Shown here piece after piece: positions 45,734 to 56,205 of a stretch of DNA of 64,000 bases. Positions within the stretch are counted from its first letter, which is position 1; each line of letters opens with the position of its first letter. A program made the translations under genes and the position numbers. The notes under the pieces are model-generated. The model saw only the letters and a list, made by a program, of their open reading frames with translations, was not told where the DNA came from and ran no database searches. Source of the stretch: an uncultured delta proteobacterium (GTDB taxonomy: Bacteria > Desulfobacterota > Desulfobaccia > Desulfobaccales > 0-14-0-80-60-11); the NCBI GenBank assembly GCA_963812015.1, contig CAWETI010000003.1, positions 352,001-416,000 on the forward strand. Reading direction: 5' to 3'.

Positions 45734-47269
45734 TTGTTTAAAACTGGTAAGTTATTATTGATTCTAAGCTCCTACGTTATCTTGGGGACCTTGGTTTTGC
45801 ACCCCGCATTAAAAATTGGGTTCTTAGGCGACTTTGCCGGAGATATCTTAAACTGCAAGGAAAATTGGTTTAATTTCGCCGCGTATCAATGGAACTTTTA
45901 TGTACCGACAATGGCGATATATTATGGTCTCTATAAAACCTTTCATCTATTTCCCCTGCCCTATCATGTTTTTCATCTATCTTTGATCTTCATCAATGCT
46001 TGGTTAGTATACATCCTGGCACAAGAGTTAAAGTTTGAGTCCTGGCAATGCTGGATTGCTGGGCTACTGGCGCTTTTAAACTCCGCAGCCTTCGAAACCT
46101 ATTTCTGGCTCAGTACCATTCCCAAAGTCCTATCCACCAGTTTCGGATTAATGGCGTTGATCTTTCTGAGCCGCTTTCGACAAAGGAGGCCCTTATTTTG
46201 GGGATGGGGTTACATAATGATGGTGACCCTTGGATTTACCATGGAATCTACCGGCCTCATCCTGCCTCTGCTGGGCCTTTTATTAGACCTCTATTATAGC
46301 CCCTGGAGGGTGTCCGGCAAGGGAAAAGCCTCCATACTTTCAGGCTTGAGACTCCACCTCTGGACATTCGGCATCGCTGGAATTTTTTTACTGATCCGGC
46401 ATTTTTTAGGAATCAGACCATACGCGGAAAAATATTCCATAATCTGGAAATGTCTAACTTTTGTCAGATCTGCCCTGAGCACCTTTTTTCACGGTTTCGA
46501 AAACCATTTCTGGTTTGAGTCCACGGGTATCGCTATTATCTCGATAATTTTGGCTCTGTTATTATCAGTTATTTTGATCTTAGCATTAATAAATAAGCAA
46601 GGGCCAGACAGAAGACGCTACATTACACTACTGCTTCTATGGGGCGGGGCCTGCTTGCCCCATACAATCGGAGCCCATTATAATTCTCGCTATCTTTATT
46701 TTCCAGCGGTATTCTGCGCCCTAGTTTTGGCGGACGTGTTAGGCTCTTTTAAGTTTCGTTTATGCGGCCGCAATTGCACCTGGCTATTGGTCCTCGTTGT
46801 CATCAGCGGCTATTTCTACCAGGATTTCTCCGCGTTCCATCAAACCTTAAATTCCTACCTGGATGCCTCTCGGATCTATGATGCTGGAATACGGAAAATA
46901 AAGACCCACATCCCCGAGATGTCCTTTGGTTCACGCCTGATTTTGATTGATTTCCCAGGTTATATTTATCGGCCTCGCCAGTCTTCCCAGGGTTATCAAT
47001 TTAGATATCGTGTATTAGTTTATCGATGCGCCCTCCCTGATCACTTAATTTTACTTTATCAAAGTCATTATTTTATCGTCACCTTAGTACGATTATCCCC
47101 TTCCAATGATGATAACCCTGATCCTTTGGGAACTCCATCCAGCCCCGAAGAAGTGGCCAGGTTGGTGGCCGCACCTAAAACATTTACCTGTCGTTACATG
47201 CCTGGCAACCCTGGGGAATTTATTATTGTCCATGATACATTAACACTTGATTCTCCAACCATGAAATGA
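45734..47269 (+). CDS. Polytopic membrane protein, GT-C glycosyltransferase-like
   Basis: Many TM helices; PYHVFHLSL, SRYLYFP; AT-rich; TTG start uncertain. Confidence 0.7.
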   Translation: MFKTGKLLLILSSYVILGTLVLHPALKIGFLGDFAGDILNCKENWFNFAAYQWNFYVPTMAIYYGLYKTFHLFPLPYHVFHLSLIFINAWLVYILAQELKFESWQCWIAGLLALLNSAAFETYFWLSTIPKVLSTSFGLMALIFLSRFRQRRPLFWGWGYIMMVTLGFTMESTGLILPLLGLLLDLYYSPWRVSGKGKASILSGLRLHLWTFGIAGIFLLIRHFLGIRPYAEKYSIIWKCLTFVRSALSTFFHGFENHFWFESTGIAIISIILALLLSVILILALINKQGPDRRRYITLLLLWGGACLPHTIGAHYNSRYLYFPAVFCALVLADVLGSFKFRLCGRNCTWLLVLVVISGYFYQDFSAFHQTLNSYLDASRIYDAGIRKIKTHIPEMSFGSRLILIDFPGYIYRPRQSSQGYQFRYRVLVYRCALPDHLILLYQSHYFIVTLVRLSPSNDDNPDPLGTPSSPEEVARLVAAPKTFTCRYMPGNPGEFIIVHDTLTLDSPTMK

Positions 47270-47847
47270 GGTCTATTGATTCTGCCGCTATAAGCAAAAG
47301 TTTTCTTAACACTATTGAGTTATATAATAAGGTGGCAGTCGCACCCAATAGTTTCACCGGTTGCAAAATGAGACGCCAGGAATCAGATTTTTCGAACTTA
47401 TTTTTTCAGGCCAGGAGGATTTTCCTCCTGTTCCTCACCGTATTGTTATCCAGATATATCCGATAGTCCCCACCGCGAATGAAAGGTCCCACCTTGTAGG
47501 GCTGAAAACTTTATCCACATTCAATCCCTTTCCTATTTATTCGCGCTATTATTGGTTTATATCGCTCTGGGTGATTGAGAGTTGGCACAAAGCCTGACAA
47601 TAAAGCGAGTCTGTAGATATCTGCTATGAATGCGCGATTTAAATCAAGATAAGCGATATCTGATATGGTTATCATAGCTGTAGATAATACCCTGCCTACA
47701 TGTAAATATTACCCTTAATTGCAGGCTTCATCTCATCTAGATTTGATGGTTATCAGTTCAAGCTTTGATTATTACAAAAGAACCGCAGTTGATGAGACGC
47801 AGTTATTCCCTTTACCACTTTTCCCCTGCATTGGTTTTTCGTCTCTC

Positions 47848-50517
47848 TTAGGCCGAATCCGCCGGCGGAGAATTTTCCGGAGCGCTGGCGGCGGCGGGGG
47901 CGGCCATGGCCTCCATTTCTAGGCTGTAGTTGCCCGCCAGGAAATTTTTGGCCACGCCCTCGACGCTGGCCTCGCTGGTCATGAGCATGTCCATCTGGCG
48001 GGTAAAGATGAGGAGGCGCCCGAGGAGGTCGAGCTTGGTCTGGATGACCGGGGCCTCGTATTTTTGCAGGCGGGCATCCACCCGGTCGCCCTTGACCTCC
48101 ACGGAGAAACCCAGGCCCATGAGGACGATGGCGATGGCCCGGACCCGGCGGATGCGGCGGACGTCATCGGCCGCGCCGCCTTTGAAGGAGAAGGTGATGT
48201 AGTTCTTGTTGACGGTGGCGCCGCAGTAGGCGTCGAGAACGCTGTAATGATAGCCCACCCGGGAAGAGAAGTTGAGATACTTGTCGGAGATAATGGCGTA
48301 ACTGCGGTCGCCGAAGCGATCCTCGACATTGGGGGCAGCCAGCATCTGTTCCCGCATCACCGAAAACAGCCCGCCGAGTTGAATGGGGCGGGGTTCCCGG
48401 GCCCGGACGTCTTCGTGGAGCATCCCCTGCAAAACAGCCAAGAGGGGAACCGAGGTCACCTGATCCACGGCGACTTTATGAGTGCGAAGGTCGGCCTCCG
48501 CCAGACCGCCGCCCAGGTCGATGAGATAGAGGTCCAGAGGGATCGCGGCCTCCAGCTTCATGGCGTACCCCTCTTTGGCTGAGACCAGGTCGCTGATCTT
48601 GAACATCTCGGTGTAGGAGAGTTCGTGCACCAGCCTCCCCAGGTCGTGGAGGGACTGGCAAAAGTCCGGGGAGAATTCCGGCGCTTTGGGGTCCACCAGG
48701 TGCAAGGGCAGGATGAACTCGGCCACCTGTTTCAGGGTGTCATAGACCGGGGTGTCCTTGAGGTAGGATTCCCGGGCGGGCTGCCGATCCAACAATTCCG
48801 GCACCTGCCCTGCATAGATACGGCAGGCGTAGGCGTCCACCGTGACGATCTGCCCCGGGGCAATGGTCTGGGTGGCCACCTTGGTATCCAGGAGGGTGGG
48901 AAGGGAAAATTCCCGGCTGAGGGAGGCCATGTGGCCGGAGATGCTGCCGGAATCGGTGACGATGGCCTGGGCCTTGGGCATCACCATGACAAATTTGGGG
49001 GAAGAATGCTGGGCTACCAAAACCCCGCCGTCGGGGAAATCCAGCAGGTCCTGGTCCCGGTGGATCAGAACGGCCGGGCCGCAGCCCACCCCGGGGAAAG
49101 CGGCGGCGCCGCCCTCCACCAGCACGGGATAGCCGGCCACCGCCGGAATGTTGCGCAGGTCCTCACCGCTGGGGGCCTGGAGGCGCAGGGGCCGGCTCTG
49201 GAGGACCAGGATACGGCCATGTTGGTCCAGGGCCCATTCCACATCCTGGGGACAGTGGTAGTGCTCTTCCAGCTTGACCCCATAGGCCGCCAGGACCTTG
49301 ACCTGCTCCGGGGTCAAGCAGGGTTGATCCTGCATGGCCTGGGGCACCGGAATTTCCTGGAGGCCGGCGTCGGGATTGGCCACCAGCTGGACGGATTTGT
49401 GGGACACCTTCAGGTCCAGGATGGGGAAGGCTTCGGTCTTGGCGATGCGATAGGTATCCGGGGTAATGACCCCGTCCACCGCATAAGGCCCCAAGCCCCA
49501 GACGGCGCTGATGAGCAGGTTGTCATCCCGGATATTGAAGGGGTGGTGGGAATACATGACGCCGCTGGCCACGGCGTCCACCATCTGGAGGCAAACGACG
49601 CTCATGGCGATATCTTCGTCCCGGATGCCCTTGTTGAGGCGATAGGAGATGGCCCGGGGGGTATAGAGACTGGCCAGGATTTTTTGGTAAGCCGGGAGGA
49701 GTTGATCTCCCGGCACATTCAGGATGGTGAGATATTGGCCGGCGAAGGACAGCTCGCTATCTTCGCCGATGGCGCTGGAGCGCATGGACACGCGCACCGG
49801 CGACTTATCCGCGTCCCGGGACAGGGTTGCCTGCATCTGGGCATAGGCGGCGAGAATGGCCTCAGCCAGGGCCGGGGGGACCTGGGCCGCGGTGATCAGG
49901 GCCTGGATGTCGTCGCTCACCTGCTGGACGGTCTGGGGGTGGGCGGGATCGATCTCCATTTTGCGCTTGTTGATTTCGTCCACCAGGTCGTTGTGGGCCA
50001 GAAAGTCGGCATAGGCCCGGGTGGTGATGGCAAAGCCGGCGGGGATGGGCAGACCGATTTTCAAGGCCTCACCCAGGTGGGCATTCTTGCCCCCCACCCA
50101 ATCCACCATGTCCTGGTTCACGCCGGACAGGGGCAGGACCGGGTCGGTGAGGGGCAGTTCCTTGGTTTCTCCCAGACGCTCTTTGATCCTGGCGTTGATC
50201 CTATCCAGCACCCCATAGAGGACAGGATACTGGTGGCCGGAGAGGACATCGAGACTCTTGATCATGCGGAAGGCATGGAAGGCGGACCGGGCCGACTGAG
50301 ATCTGACATAGGACATGCCGAACACGTGGCGACCGGTCAGTTTCTCCTCCAGGTCAGTAATGATATTCAGGAGTTGGCTGTTGGAGTCCAGCAGGTCCTT
50401 GAAGCAGGCATAACGGAAGCGGAAGGCCGCGGCCAGGTCATCCCGGGTGGGGGTGCCCCGGCGGCCTTTGAACCTACGATAAATATCCCGAAAGAGGTTG
50501 AGGGTGTCCATCGCCAC
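47848..50517 (-). CDS. PEP synthase/PPDK-like PEP-utiliser family protein (paralogue 1)
   Basis: VGGKNAHLG, RSSAIGED...SFAGQY, PQDVEW, GSISGHMASLSRE swivel His. Confidence 0.9.
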   Translation of the reverse strand: MAMDTLNLFRDIYRRFKGRRGTPTRDDLAAAFRFRYACFKDLLDSNSQLLNIITDLEEKLTGRHVFGMSYVRSQSARSAFHAFRMIKSLDVLSGHQYPVLYGVLDRINARIKERLGETKELPLTDPVLPLSGVNQDMVDWVGGKNAHLGEALKIGLPIPAGFAITTRAYADFLAHNDLVDEINKRKMEIDPAHPQTVQQVSDDIQALITAAQVPPALAEAILAAYAQMQATLSRDADKSPVRVSMRSSAIGEDSELSFAGQYLTILNVPGDQLLPAYQKILASLYTPRAISYRLNKGIRDEDIAMSVVCLQMVDAVASGVMYSHHPFNIRDDNLLISAVWGLGPYAVDGVITPDTYRIAKTEAFPILDLKVSHKSVQLVANPDAGLQEIPVPQAMQDQPCLTPEQVKVLAAYGVKLEEHYHCPQDVEWALDQHGRILVLQSRPLRLQAPSGEDLRNIPAVAGYPVLVEGGAAAFPGVGCGPAVLIHRDQDLLDFPDGGVLVAQHSSPKFVMVMPKAQAIVTDSGSISGHMASLSREFSLPTLLDTKVATQTIAPGQIVTVDAYACRIYAGQVPELLDRQPARESYLKDTPVYDTLKQVAEFILPLHLVDPKAPEFSPDFCQSLHDLGRLVHELSYTEMFKISDLVSAKEGYAMKLEAAIPLDLYLIDLGGGLAEADLRTHKVAVDQVTSVPLLAVLQGMLHEDVRAREPRPIQLGGLFSVMREQMLAAPNVEDRFGDRSYAIISDKYLNFSSRVGYHYSVLDAYCGATVNKNYITFSFKGGAADDVRRIRRVRAIAIVLMGLGFSVEVKGDRVDARLQKYEAPVIQTKLDLLGRLLIFTRQMDMLMTSEASVEGVAKNFLAGNYSLEMEAMAAPAAASAPENSPPADSA

Positions 50518-50845
50518 TCACGTAAGCCTTGATCTATCAAGAATCATACCAGAAAAAAGCTTGCCGCGGTCAGCTTTCAGCGATCAGCCAAGACCTCGGC
50601 CCGGCGACGGGTAGGGCGCGCCCGGCGCACCATTACTCCTGAGAGACGATTACCTCTCCCTGTCATCTAGCTCGGCGAGGTAGCGAGAAGCGGCAGCGCC
50701 GGAGCGGTTTTTCCTGATACCCCCTTTACACTCTGTAAAAATTGCTGACAGAGCCTGGTTGTCGATGGGGACCGGAATATCGGGTTAATGTCTGATAATG
50801 AAGATTTATTAGCTGGTTACCCTGTCCGGGGTTATGGACCCTGCC

Positions 50846-50861
50846 TGGCACGGGCATTGCT
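50846..50861 (+). promoter_or_regulatory. Sigma-54 promoter (-24/-12)
   Basis: TGGCACGGGCATTGCT; conserved upstream motif at 50725-50751. Confidence 0.85.
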
Positions 50862-51066
50862 TAAGGAGTAGATGCATGAGTGGCGCGGGATAACTGAAGC
50901 ATGTGCAATTGTATCAAGGCGGGGAATATTTTTTTTGTTCAGGCTTACCTGCGAGGGGAGCAAAACCCGGAATCACGAGACTTCAGCATAGCTCACCGAC
51001 CAAGCGCCGCACGCGTCAATTCTCTTTAACCGAGAAGCACCTTAAGTCAATCCGAGGAGGTCTTGT

Positions 51067-51480
51067 ATGAAAGTACTGGTGGCTACAGACGGCTCGGAGC
51101 ATTCCATGAAAGCCGTGCAACGAGCATTGGAACTGGCGGAAAAACAGGACGCCCAGGTAACCCTCATGTCGGTGGCCTATTACGGGGCGGATTATCTGGA
51201 GGGCATGCCGCCGAACATTCAGGACAAGCTGGAAGACGAGGCCAGGGGCGCGTTGAAAAAGGCCAAGGCCCTGTTTGACGCCAAAAACCTGCCGGTGGAG
51301 ACGGTGCTGGTGGCGGGACTGGTGCCGGCCAACTTAATTATTCAAAAGGCTCAAGACGGCAAGTTTGACCGCATCGTCATCGGCAGCACCGGCCGGAATG
51401 CCCTGGAGAAGATATTCATGGGCAGCACCGCCGCCAAGGTGGTGGCGCATGCCCCCTGCGAAGTGACGGTGGTCAGGTAA
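51067..51480 (+). CDS. Universal stress protein
   Basis: VLVATDGS...IVIGSTGR...MGSTAAKVVAHAPCEVTVV. Confidence 0.93.
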   Translation: MKVLVATDGSEHSMKAVQRALELAEKQDAQVTLMSVAYYGADYLEGMPPNIQDKLEDEARGALKKAKALFDAKNLPVETVLVAGLVPANLIIQKAQDGKFDRIVIGSTGRNALEKIFMGSTAAKVVAHAPCEVTVVR

Positions 51481-51507
51481 CCAAGGATTTCAAGGAGGTC
51501 AATCGCA

Positions 51508-51804
51508 ATGCGTACATGGTGGGCAAAACTCACAGGGTTGGCAGTCATGGTCATTTTGTTGCTGCCGGAAATGGCTTTCGCAGCGGGGCCCGCGGCCGCA
51601 CCCCTGGTTATGGTAGCTGATACCCGGAAATTTACCGGCTGGGAAGCCTGGTGGACCAATCTATACAATGAGAGTCACCTTTATTTCGCTCTTCTGACGG
51701 TAGTCCTTATTCCCGTTATCGGCCTGATTTTTGGACTCCTGGCGGACCTGGTCATGCGCACCATCGGCATTGACCTGACGCACCGGGATCTGGCGGAGCA
51801 TTAA
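51508..51804 (+). CDS. Small membrane protein (DVU0150-like)
   Basis: VMVADTRK...NLYNESH...TM; directly upstream of TauE gene; AAGGAGG RBS. Confidence 0.75.
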   Translation: MRTWWAKLTGLAVMVILLLPEMAFAAGPAAAPLVMVADTRKFTGWEAWWTNLYNESHLYFALLTVVLIPVIGLIFGLLADLVMRTIGIDLTHRDLAEH

Positions 51805-51840
51805 GGCTTCTCGAGAACGACAAGGTAGGAGGAAGATACT

Positions 51841-52917
51841 ATGGATTGGCTATATGTTCTGATGCCCATTGCGGGAATCAAGATATTCTGGCCCGGCCTC
51901 ATCATTTTAGGGATAGGTGTAGGAATTATCGGCGGTTTCTTCGGCATGGGCGGCGCCTGGATGGTGACCCCGGGATTGAACATCCTGGGCTTCCCCATGG
52001 CTTTTGCCATCGGCACCGATATCGCCCACATGGCGGGGAAATCGCTGATCTCCACCATGCGCCACGGTAAATTCGGCAACGTGGATTATAAACTGGGCCT
52101 CATCATGCTGGTGGGAACGGTGGTGGGCTTCGAGGTGGGGGCCCAGATGGTCATGTACCTGGAACGCATCGGGTTGGTGGAGTTGTATGTCCGCCTGTTG
52201 TACCTGGTGCTGCTGTCCCTCATCGCCTGGATGGTCTTCGCGGACGTGGCCAAGAAAAAACGGAAAGACCGGGAGGCCATCGCTGCGGGCAAAGAAGTGG
52301 ATAAGCTGTCCACCGGCCTGGATTGGGCCAAGACTTTGCATAAGATCAAGATCCCCCCGATGATTACTTTCAAAGAGGCCCAGATCACTTGCACCGCGTG
52401 GCTGCCCATCTTTATCAGCTTCGCCACCGGCTGGCTGGCGGGCATCCTGGGGATCGGCGGCGGTTTGATCCGCATGCCGGCCTTGATTTACTTCATCGGC
52501 TGCCCCACCCACGTGGCGGTGGGCACCGACCTCTTCGAGGTGATGATCTCCGGCCTGTACGGCACCGGCACTTATACCTACAAGGGCCGCACCGAACTGG
52601 TGGCCGCCGTCATCATGCTGATGGGCGCGGCGGTGGGGGCCCAGATCGGCACCGTGGCCACCAAGTACATCAAGGGTTACGGCATCCGGATCGCCTTCGG
52701 CCTGGCCGTCATCGGTTGCGCCCTGTCCATCATCTTGAAGCTGGCCTGGCGGGTATTACCGGCTGGCAAGCCCTACTTTGACGGCGCAGCCACGGTCCTG
52801 ATCCTGAGCCTGGTGAGCGCCATGTCTCTCTATATCTTTGTGAAGATGGTGCAAGGGGCCAAGGCCGAGGTCGCGGCCAAGAAGGCCAAAGCTCAGATCT
52901 CGGTGGCGGGAAGCTGA
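51841..52917 (+). CDS. TauE/SafE sulfite-exporter family permease
   Basis: GGFFGMGGAWMVTP...AIGTD; repeat GILGIGGGLIRMP...AVGTD. Confidence 0.9.
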   Translation: MDWLYVLMPIAGIKIFWPGLIILGIGVGIIGGFFGMGGAWMVTPGLNILGFPMAFAIGTDIAHMAGKSLISTMRHGKFGNVDYKLGLIMLVGTVVGFEVGAQMVMYLERIGLVELYVRLLYLVLLSLIAWMVFADVAKKKRKDREAIAAGKEVDKLSTGLDWAKTLHKIKIPPMITFKEAQITCTAWLPIFISFATGWLAGILGIGGGLIRMPALIYFIGCPTHVAVGTDLFEVMISGLYGTGTYTYKGRTELVAAVIMLMGAAVGAQIGTVATKYIKGYGIRIAFGLAVIGCALSIILKLAWRVLPAGKPYFDGAATVLILSLVSAMSLYIFVKMVQGAKAEVAAKKAKAQISVAGS

Positions 52918-52945
52918 TCCGGGTTTTTCAAGAGGAGATCTCAAC

Positions 52946-53536
52946 ATGGGGAAAAAACTTAACTGGCTGACCCTGTTTGCTATCCTGCCGCTGGTTCTGG
53001 TATTGGGATGCGGCGAACAAGGCAAGGTGGAACAGGGGAGAGTTATCGGCTTTGACAAAGTCAAAGAGACGGTTACCTTTATTGTGGATACCAAGCACGA
53101 CACCGCCAATCCCGACTACAGCGGGGCGCCCCTTACCTTTGCGCTCCCCAAGGACCCCAAGGAGCGGGGTGAGGATCCCAAGGTCGGCATGCGGATGAAG
53201 CTGGACACCAAGACCCGGGAAATCGTCATTTACGATCCGGCCGCGAAAGATATGAAGAAGATTACTTACACGCTCATCGACCAGAAAGAGAACGTGGCCA
53301 AGACCAGTCCCCTGGTGGTCGGCAAAAAGTTCCCGATGGTGGACAAAGAGAAAAACGCCATCACGGTGTATTCCGGACGGCAGAAAGTGCTGGTGACGTT
53401 CTCGGTGCCCGAGGAATACATGGCCATGCCGGATAATACCTGGGAGGCGGGAGACGAAGTGCGGATCTACTACAAAGAGCCGGGCAAGGCCGCCAGGTTT
53501 ATGAACATAACTAAGACGGACATTTTTAAGAAGTAA
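52946..53536 (+). CDS. Conserved lipoprotein (DUF4881-like)
   Basis: LVLGC lipobox; GKVEQGRVI...VRIYYKEPG...FMNITKTDI. Confidence 0.75.
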   Translation: MGKKLNWLTLFAILPLVLVLGCGEQGKVEQGRVIGFDKVKETVTFIVDTKHDTANPDYSGAPLTFALPKDPKERGEDPKVGMRMKLDTKTREIVIYDPAAKDMKKITYTLIDQKENVAKTSPLVVGKKFPMVDKEKNAITVYSGRQKVLVTFSVPEEYMAMPDNTWEAGDEVRIYYKEPGKAARFMNITKTDIFKK

Positions 53537-53693
53537 GATCATCGCCTGTGCTGGTGCATTCAGAGAGTCGCCCTGGGTCCGATAATCACGAAACCCGGGG
53601 CGATTCTCTTGTTTTTGTGGTAAAACAAAGACGTTGCGGCCACGGCAGGAGGCTTAGTACAGGATTTCATAAATACGCTAATGTTATATATCG

Positions 53694-53839
53694 CCCCCCT
53701 CACCCCAACCCTCTCCCCCCGAAGCGGGGGGAGAGGGGGTAGGTTAGGTCGCCGGGTTTTTTATGATGGCAGAGCCTCAAATCGGTCCCATTTTTTCTCC
53801 TCTCCCCCAATGTGGGAGAGGGTCCGGGTGAGGGGGAAG
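53694..53839. repeat. REP-like CCCCTCACCC...CCCTCTCCC...GGGAGAGGG hairpins (IS110 target family)
   Basis: Same family as 2279-2317 and the repeat interrupted by the IS110. Confidence 0.7.
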
Positions 53840-53908
53840 TAATCTTAACGGAATAAGAAATACGCTACCGTATTGATGAACCACTGTAATTAGTGAAGCA
53901 GGGAAGGG

Positions 53909-54697
53909 ATGATAGATTTAGGGCAGATAAATTATTGGCGGGACCTGGCAAGTAAGATCGGGGCCGCCTTTTGCGTGATCGCCTTGCTGGCCCTGGTGGA
54001 TGGCCTGCTGGTGCATTTTCGGGAACCGGCGAACCTGATCAAGGCGCTGCCGGGAACGGTCACCAAAATCAACGGGGAGCTGACCGATGAGGCTCACCGG
54101 GTCCAGGATTTGACCTTTGTGAGCAATTCGGACCAGCTTCAGGTGACTTTTGAGGCGATCCACAAGGGTTATTTCCTGGGAGGGGATATGTGGCGGGGGC
54201 AGCTGCTGGTGGGCCCGCAGATCTCGCCGGGGGAATACAGCCTGTCGGTGCTTCCCAGGAGAACTATATCCGCCCGGAAGGCGCCGGCCTTCCGCATCGT
54301 GGTTTTCCCCCATGCCCTGAGCCTGCAGAAGAGTTCCACTTCTCAGATCCGGTGGTGGTTCGGGATCTCGGCCTTCGTCGTGCCGTTAGGGTGTCTGCCG
54401 GGAATTTTGCTGGCCTTTGGCGCGGTCTATCTGTTGTCCGGGAAAAGAGAGGCGCTGTTGGCGGCAAGCGGCCAGGCGGAAATCTACCGGGTAACCCGGG
54501 GGGACGAGGGTTACGAGATCCGCTTTGGCCTGGGCACGGCGCATGGGATGAGCCCCGGAGTCAGGGTGACTATTTCTGATGAAGCGGGCCAGCAGGTGGG
54601 GACCGGCACGGTGGAGGTCTCCAACCAGACGGTTTCAGTAGCTCTGGCCACGGCAGACCAGGGGATCAAGGTGGGGGACCTAGTCTCCCGGGCCTGA
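53909..54697 (+). CDS. Conserved hypothetical membrane protein
   Basis: Two hydrophobic segments; GYFLGGDMWRG; upstream of a kinase. Confidence 0.75.
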   Translation: MIDLGQINYWRDLASKIGAAFCVIALLALVDGLLVHFREPANLIKALPGTVTKINGELTDEAHRVQDLTFVSNSDQLQVTFEAIHKGYFLGGDMWRGQLLVGPQISPGEYSLSVLPRRTISARKAPAFRIVVFPHALSLQKSSTSQIRWWFGISAFVVPLGCLPGILLAFGAVYLLSGKREALLAASGQAEIYRVTRGDEGYEIRFGLGTAHGMSPGVRVTISDEAGQQVGTGTVEVSNQTVSVALATADQGIKVGDLVSRA

Positions 54698-54720
54698 GTT
54701 AAAGGAGTTCAGGTAAGCTC

Positions 54721-56205
54721 ATGTGGAAGCGCCTCAGCCTGCGGGCTCGCATCTTGGTGCTCCTGATGGCGCTCGTGCTCACCACGATCGGCGGCGGGTT
54801 GGTGACCCTGTGGCACAATGAGGCCATGGACTCGCTTTTGGCCTCCCTGATCGATAAAAACGTGGCTTCCTTCCATGCGGCGGAAGAGCTGGAGTCCGCC
54901 CTTTTGCAACAGAAGGGTTACCTGACCTATTATTTTTTGGACGGCAATCCTGAGTGGCTTAAAGAAATTACCCACTACAACCGCAGCTTCGAAGACTGGC
55001 TCGAAAAGGCGCGGAAATCGGCGTATACCGAGGCCATGCGCGAGACTATCGCCCAGATTGACACGCAGTATCATCACTATCTCATCGCCCGGGAACGGGT
55101 GATCAACCTCTACCGGGAGGGCAAGAGGGAGACGGGGGCCAAACTGCACTGGGAAGTGCGACAACAGTTTATCGACATCCTGAGCCTCTGCCGGCGGTAT
55201 AAACTGACCCATGAATTCGCCATCTCCAGGGTGCGGACCGAGAGCCAGGCCCGGGCGCGGTTCATCAATGCCTTCGCCCTGGTGGCGGTGCCGGCGGTGA
55301 CGCTTTTAGGGGTATTGCTGGCCTATATCCTCATCATACAGATCCTGGGACCGATTCGCCAACTGGCACTGGAGAGCGCGCCGGCCAATCCGGGCGCACC
55401 GGTGCCGGATGAAGTGGAGGCCCTGAGCAGCCGGGTGCACAGCCTGATCGAGGATGTGGACCAGGCCCAGATTGAACTGGAGCGCAGCCAGGAACATCTG
55501 CTCCAGTCGGGGAAGTGGGCCATGGTGGGGAAGCTGGCGGCGGGGGTGGCCCACAGCATTCGCAATCCCTTGACCTCGGTGAATATGCGGCTCTTTTCCC
55601 TGAAACGGTCCCTGGCGATGTCGTCTTCCCAACAAGAAGATTTCGACGTGATTTCCGAAGAGATCCGGCATATCGACACGATTGTGCGCAATTTCCTGGA
55701 GTTTTCCCGGCCCCCCAAGCTGAAGATGCAGCGGCTCAGCCCGTCAGCCGTGGTGGACATGGCCCTGGTGTTGCTGCGCTACCGCCTGGAATCTTACGGG
55801 GTAGAAGTGAAGCTGAACCGGAAACAACGGCTGCCCGAGATTTGGGCCGACCCGGACCAGTTGAAAGAAGTTTTGCTCAATCTGGTGTTCAATGCCTGCG
55901 AAGTCATGGTGAACGGCGGGGTTATCACCATTGAGGAAGAGGCCAAAATGGAGCCGCCCTTGGGACCGGCGGTGGTTATCCGGGTGAGCGACAATGGTCC
56001 CGGCATCCCCGAGTCCGTGGGGGATAAGGTCTTTCAACCCTTTTTCAGCACCAAGGAAGAAGGCACCGGGCTGGGCCTGAGTATTGCCACCCGCATTATC
56101 CAGGACCACGGCGGCCGGCTGGAACTGGAAACCAAGAAGCATGGGGGGGCGACGTTCATCATCACCCTCCCCCTGGGGAAAGATGAATCATGGGCAACAT
56201 CCTGA
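54721..56205 (+). CDS. Sensor histidine kinase (helical periplasmic sensor)
   Basis: AHSIRNPL H-box; FFSTKEEGTGLGL. Confidence 0.93.
   Translation: MWKRLSLRARILVLLMALVLTTIGGGLVTLWHNEAMDSLLASLIDKNVASFHAAEELESALLQQKGYLTYYFLDGNPEWLKEITHYNRSFEDWLEKARKSAYTEAMRETIAQIDTQYHHYLIARERVINLYREGKRETGAKLHWEVRQQFIDILSLCRRYKLTHEFAISRVRTESQARARFINAFALVAVPAVTLLGVLLAYILIIQILGPIRQLALESAPANPGAPVPDEVEALSSRVHSLIEDVDQAQIELERSQEHLLQSGKWAMVGKLAAGVAHSIRNPLTSVNMRLFSLKRSLAMSSSQQEDFDVISEEIRHIDTIVRNFLEFSRPPKLKMQRLSPSAVVDMALVLLRYRLESYGVEVKLNRKQRLPEIWADPDQLKEVLLNLVFNACEVMVNGGVITIEEEAKMEPPLGPAVVIRVSDNGPGIPESVGDKVFQPFFSTKEEGTGLGLSIATRIIQDHGGRLELETKKHGGATFIITLPLGKDESWATS

Noticed and set aside
48625..50532. Long antisense ORFs (also 56034-57623, 58443-59648, 33511-34683, 14122-15102)
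   Set aside because: Shadow frames opposite well-supported genes, expected from high GC3 codon bias.
50872..50991. Short leader ORF with AAGGAG before the USP gene
   Set aside because: The apparent RBS lies between the sigma-54 -12 box and the expected start site, so it would not be transcribed from that promoter.
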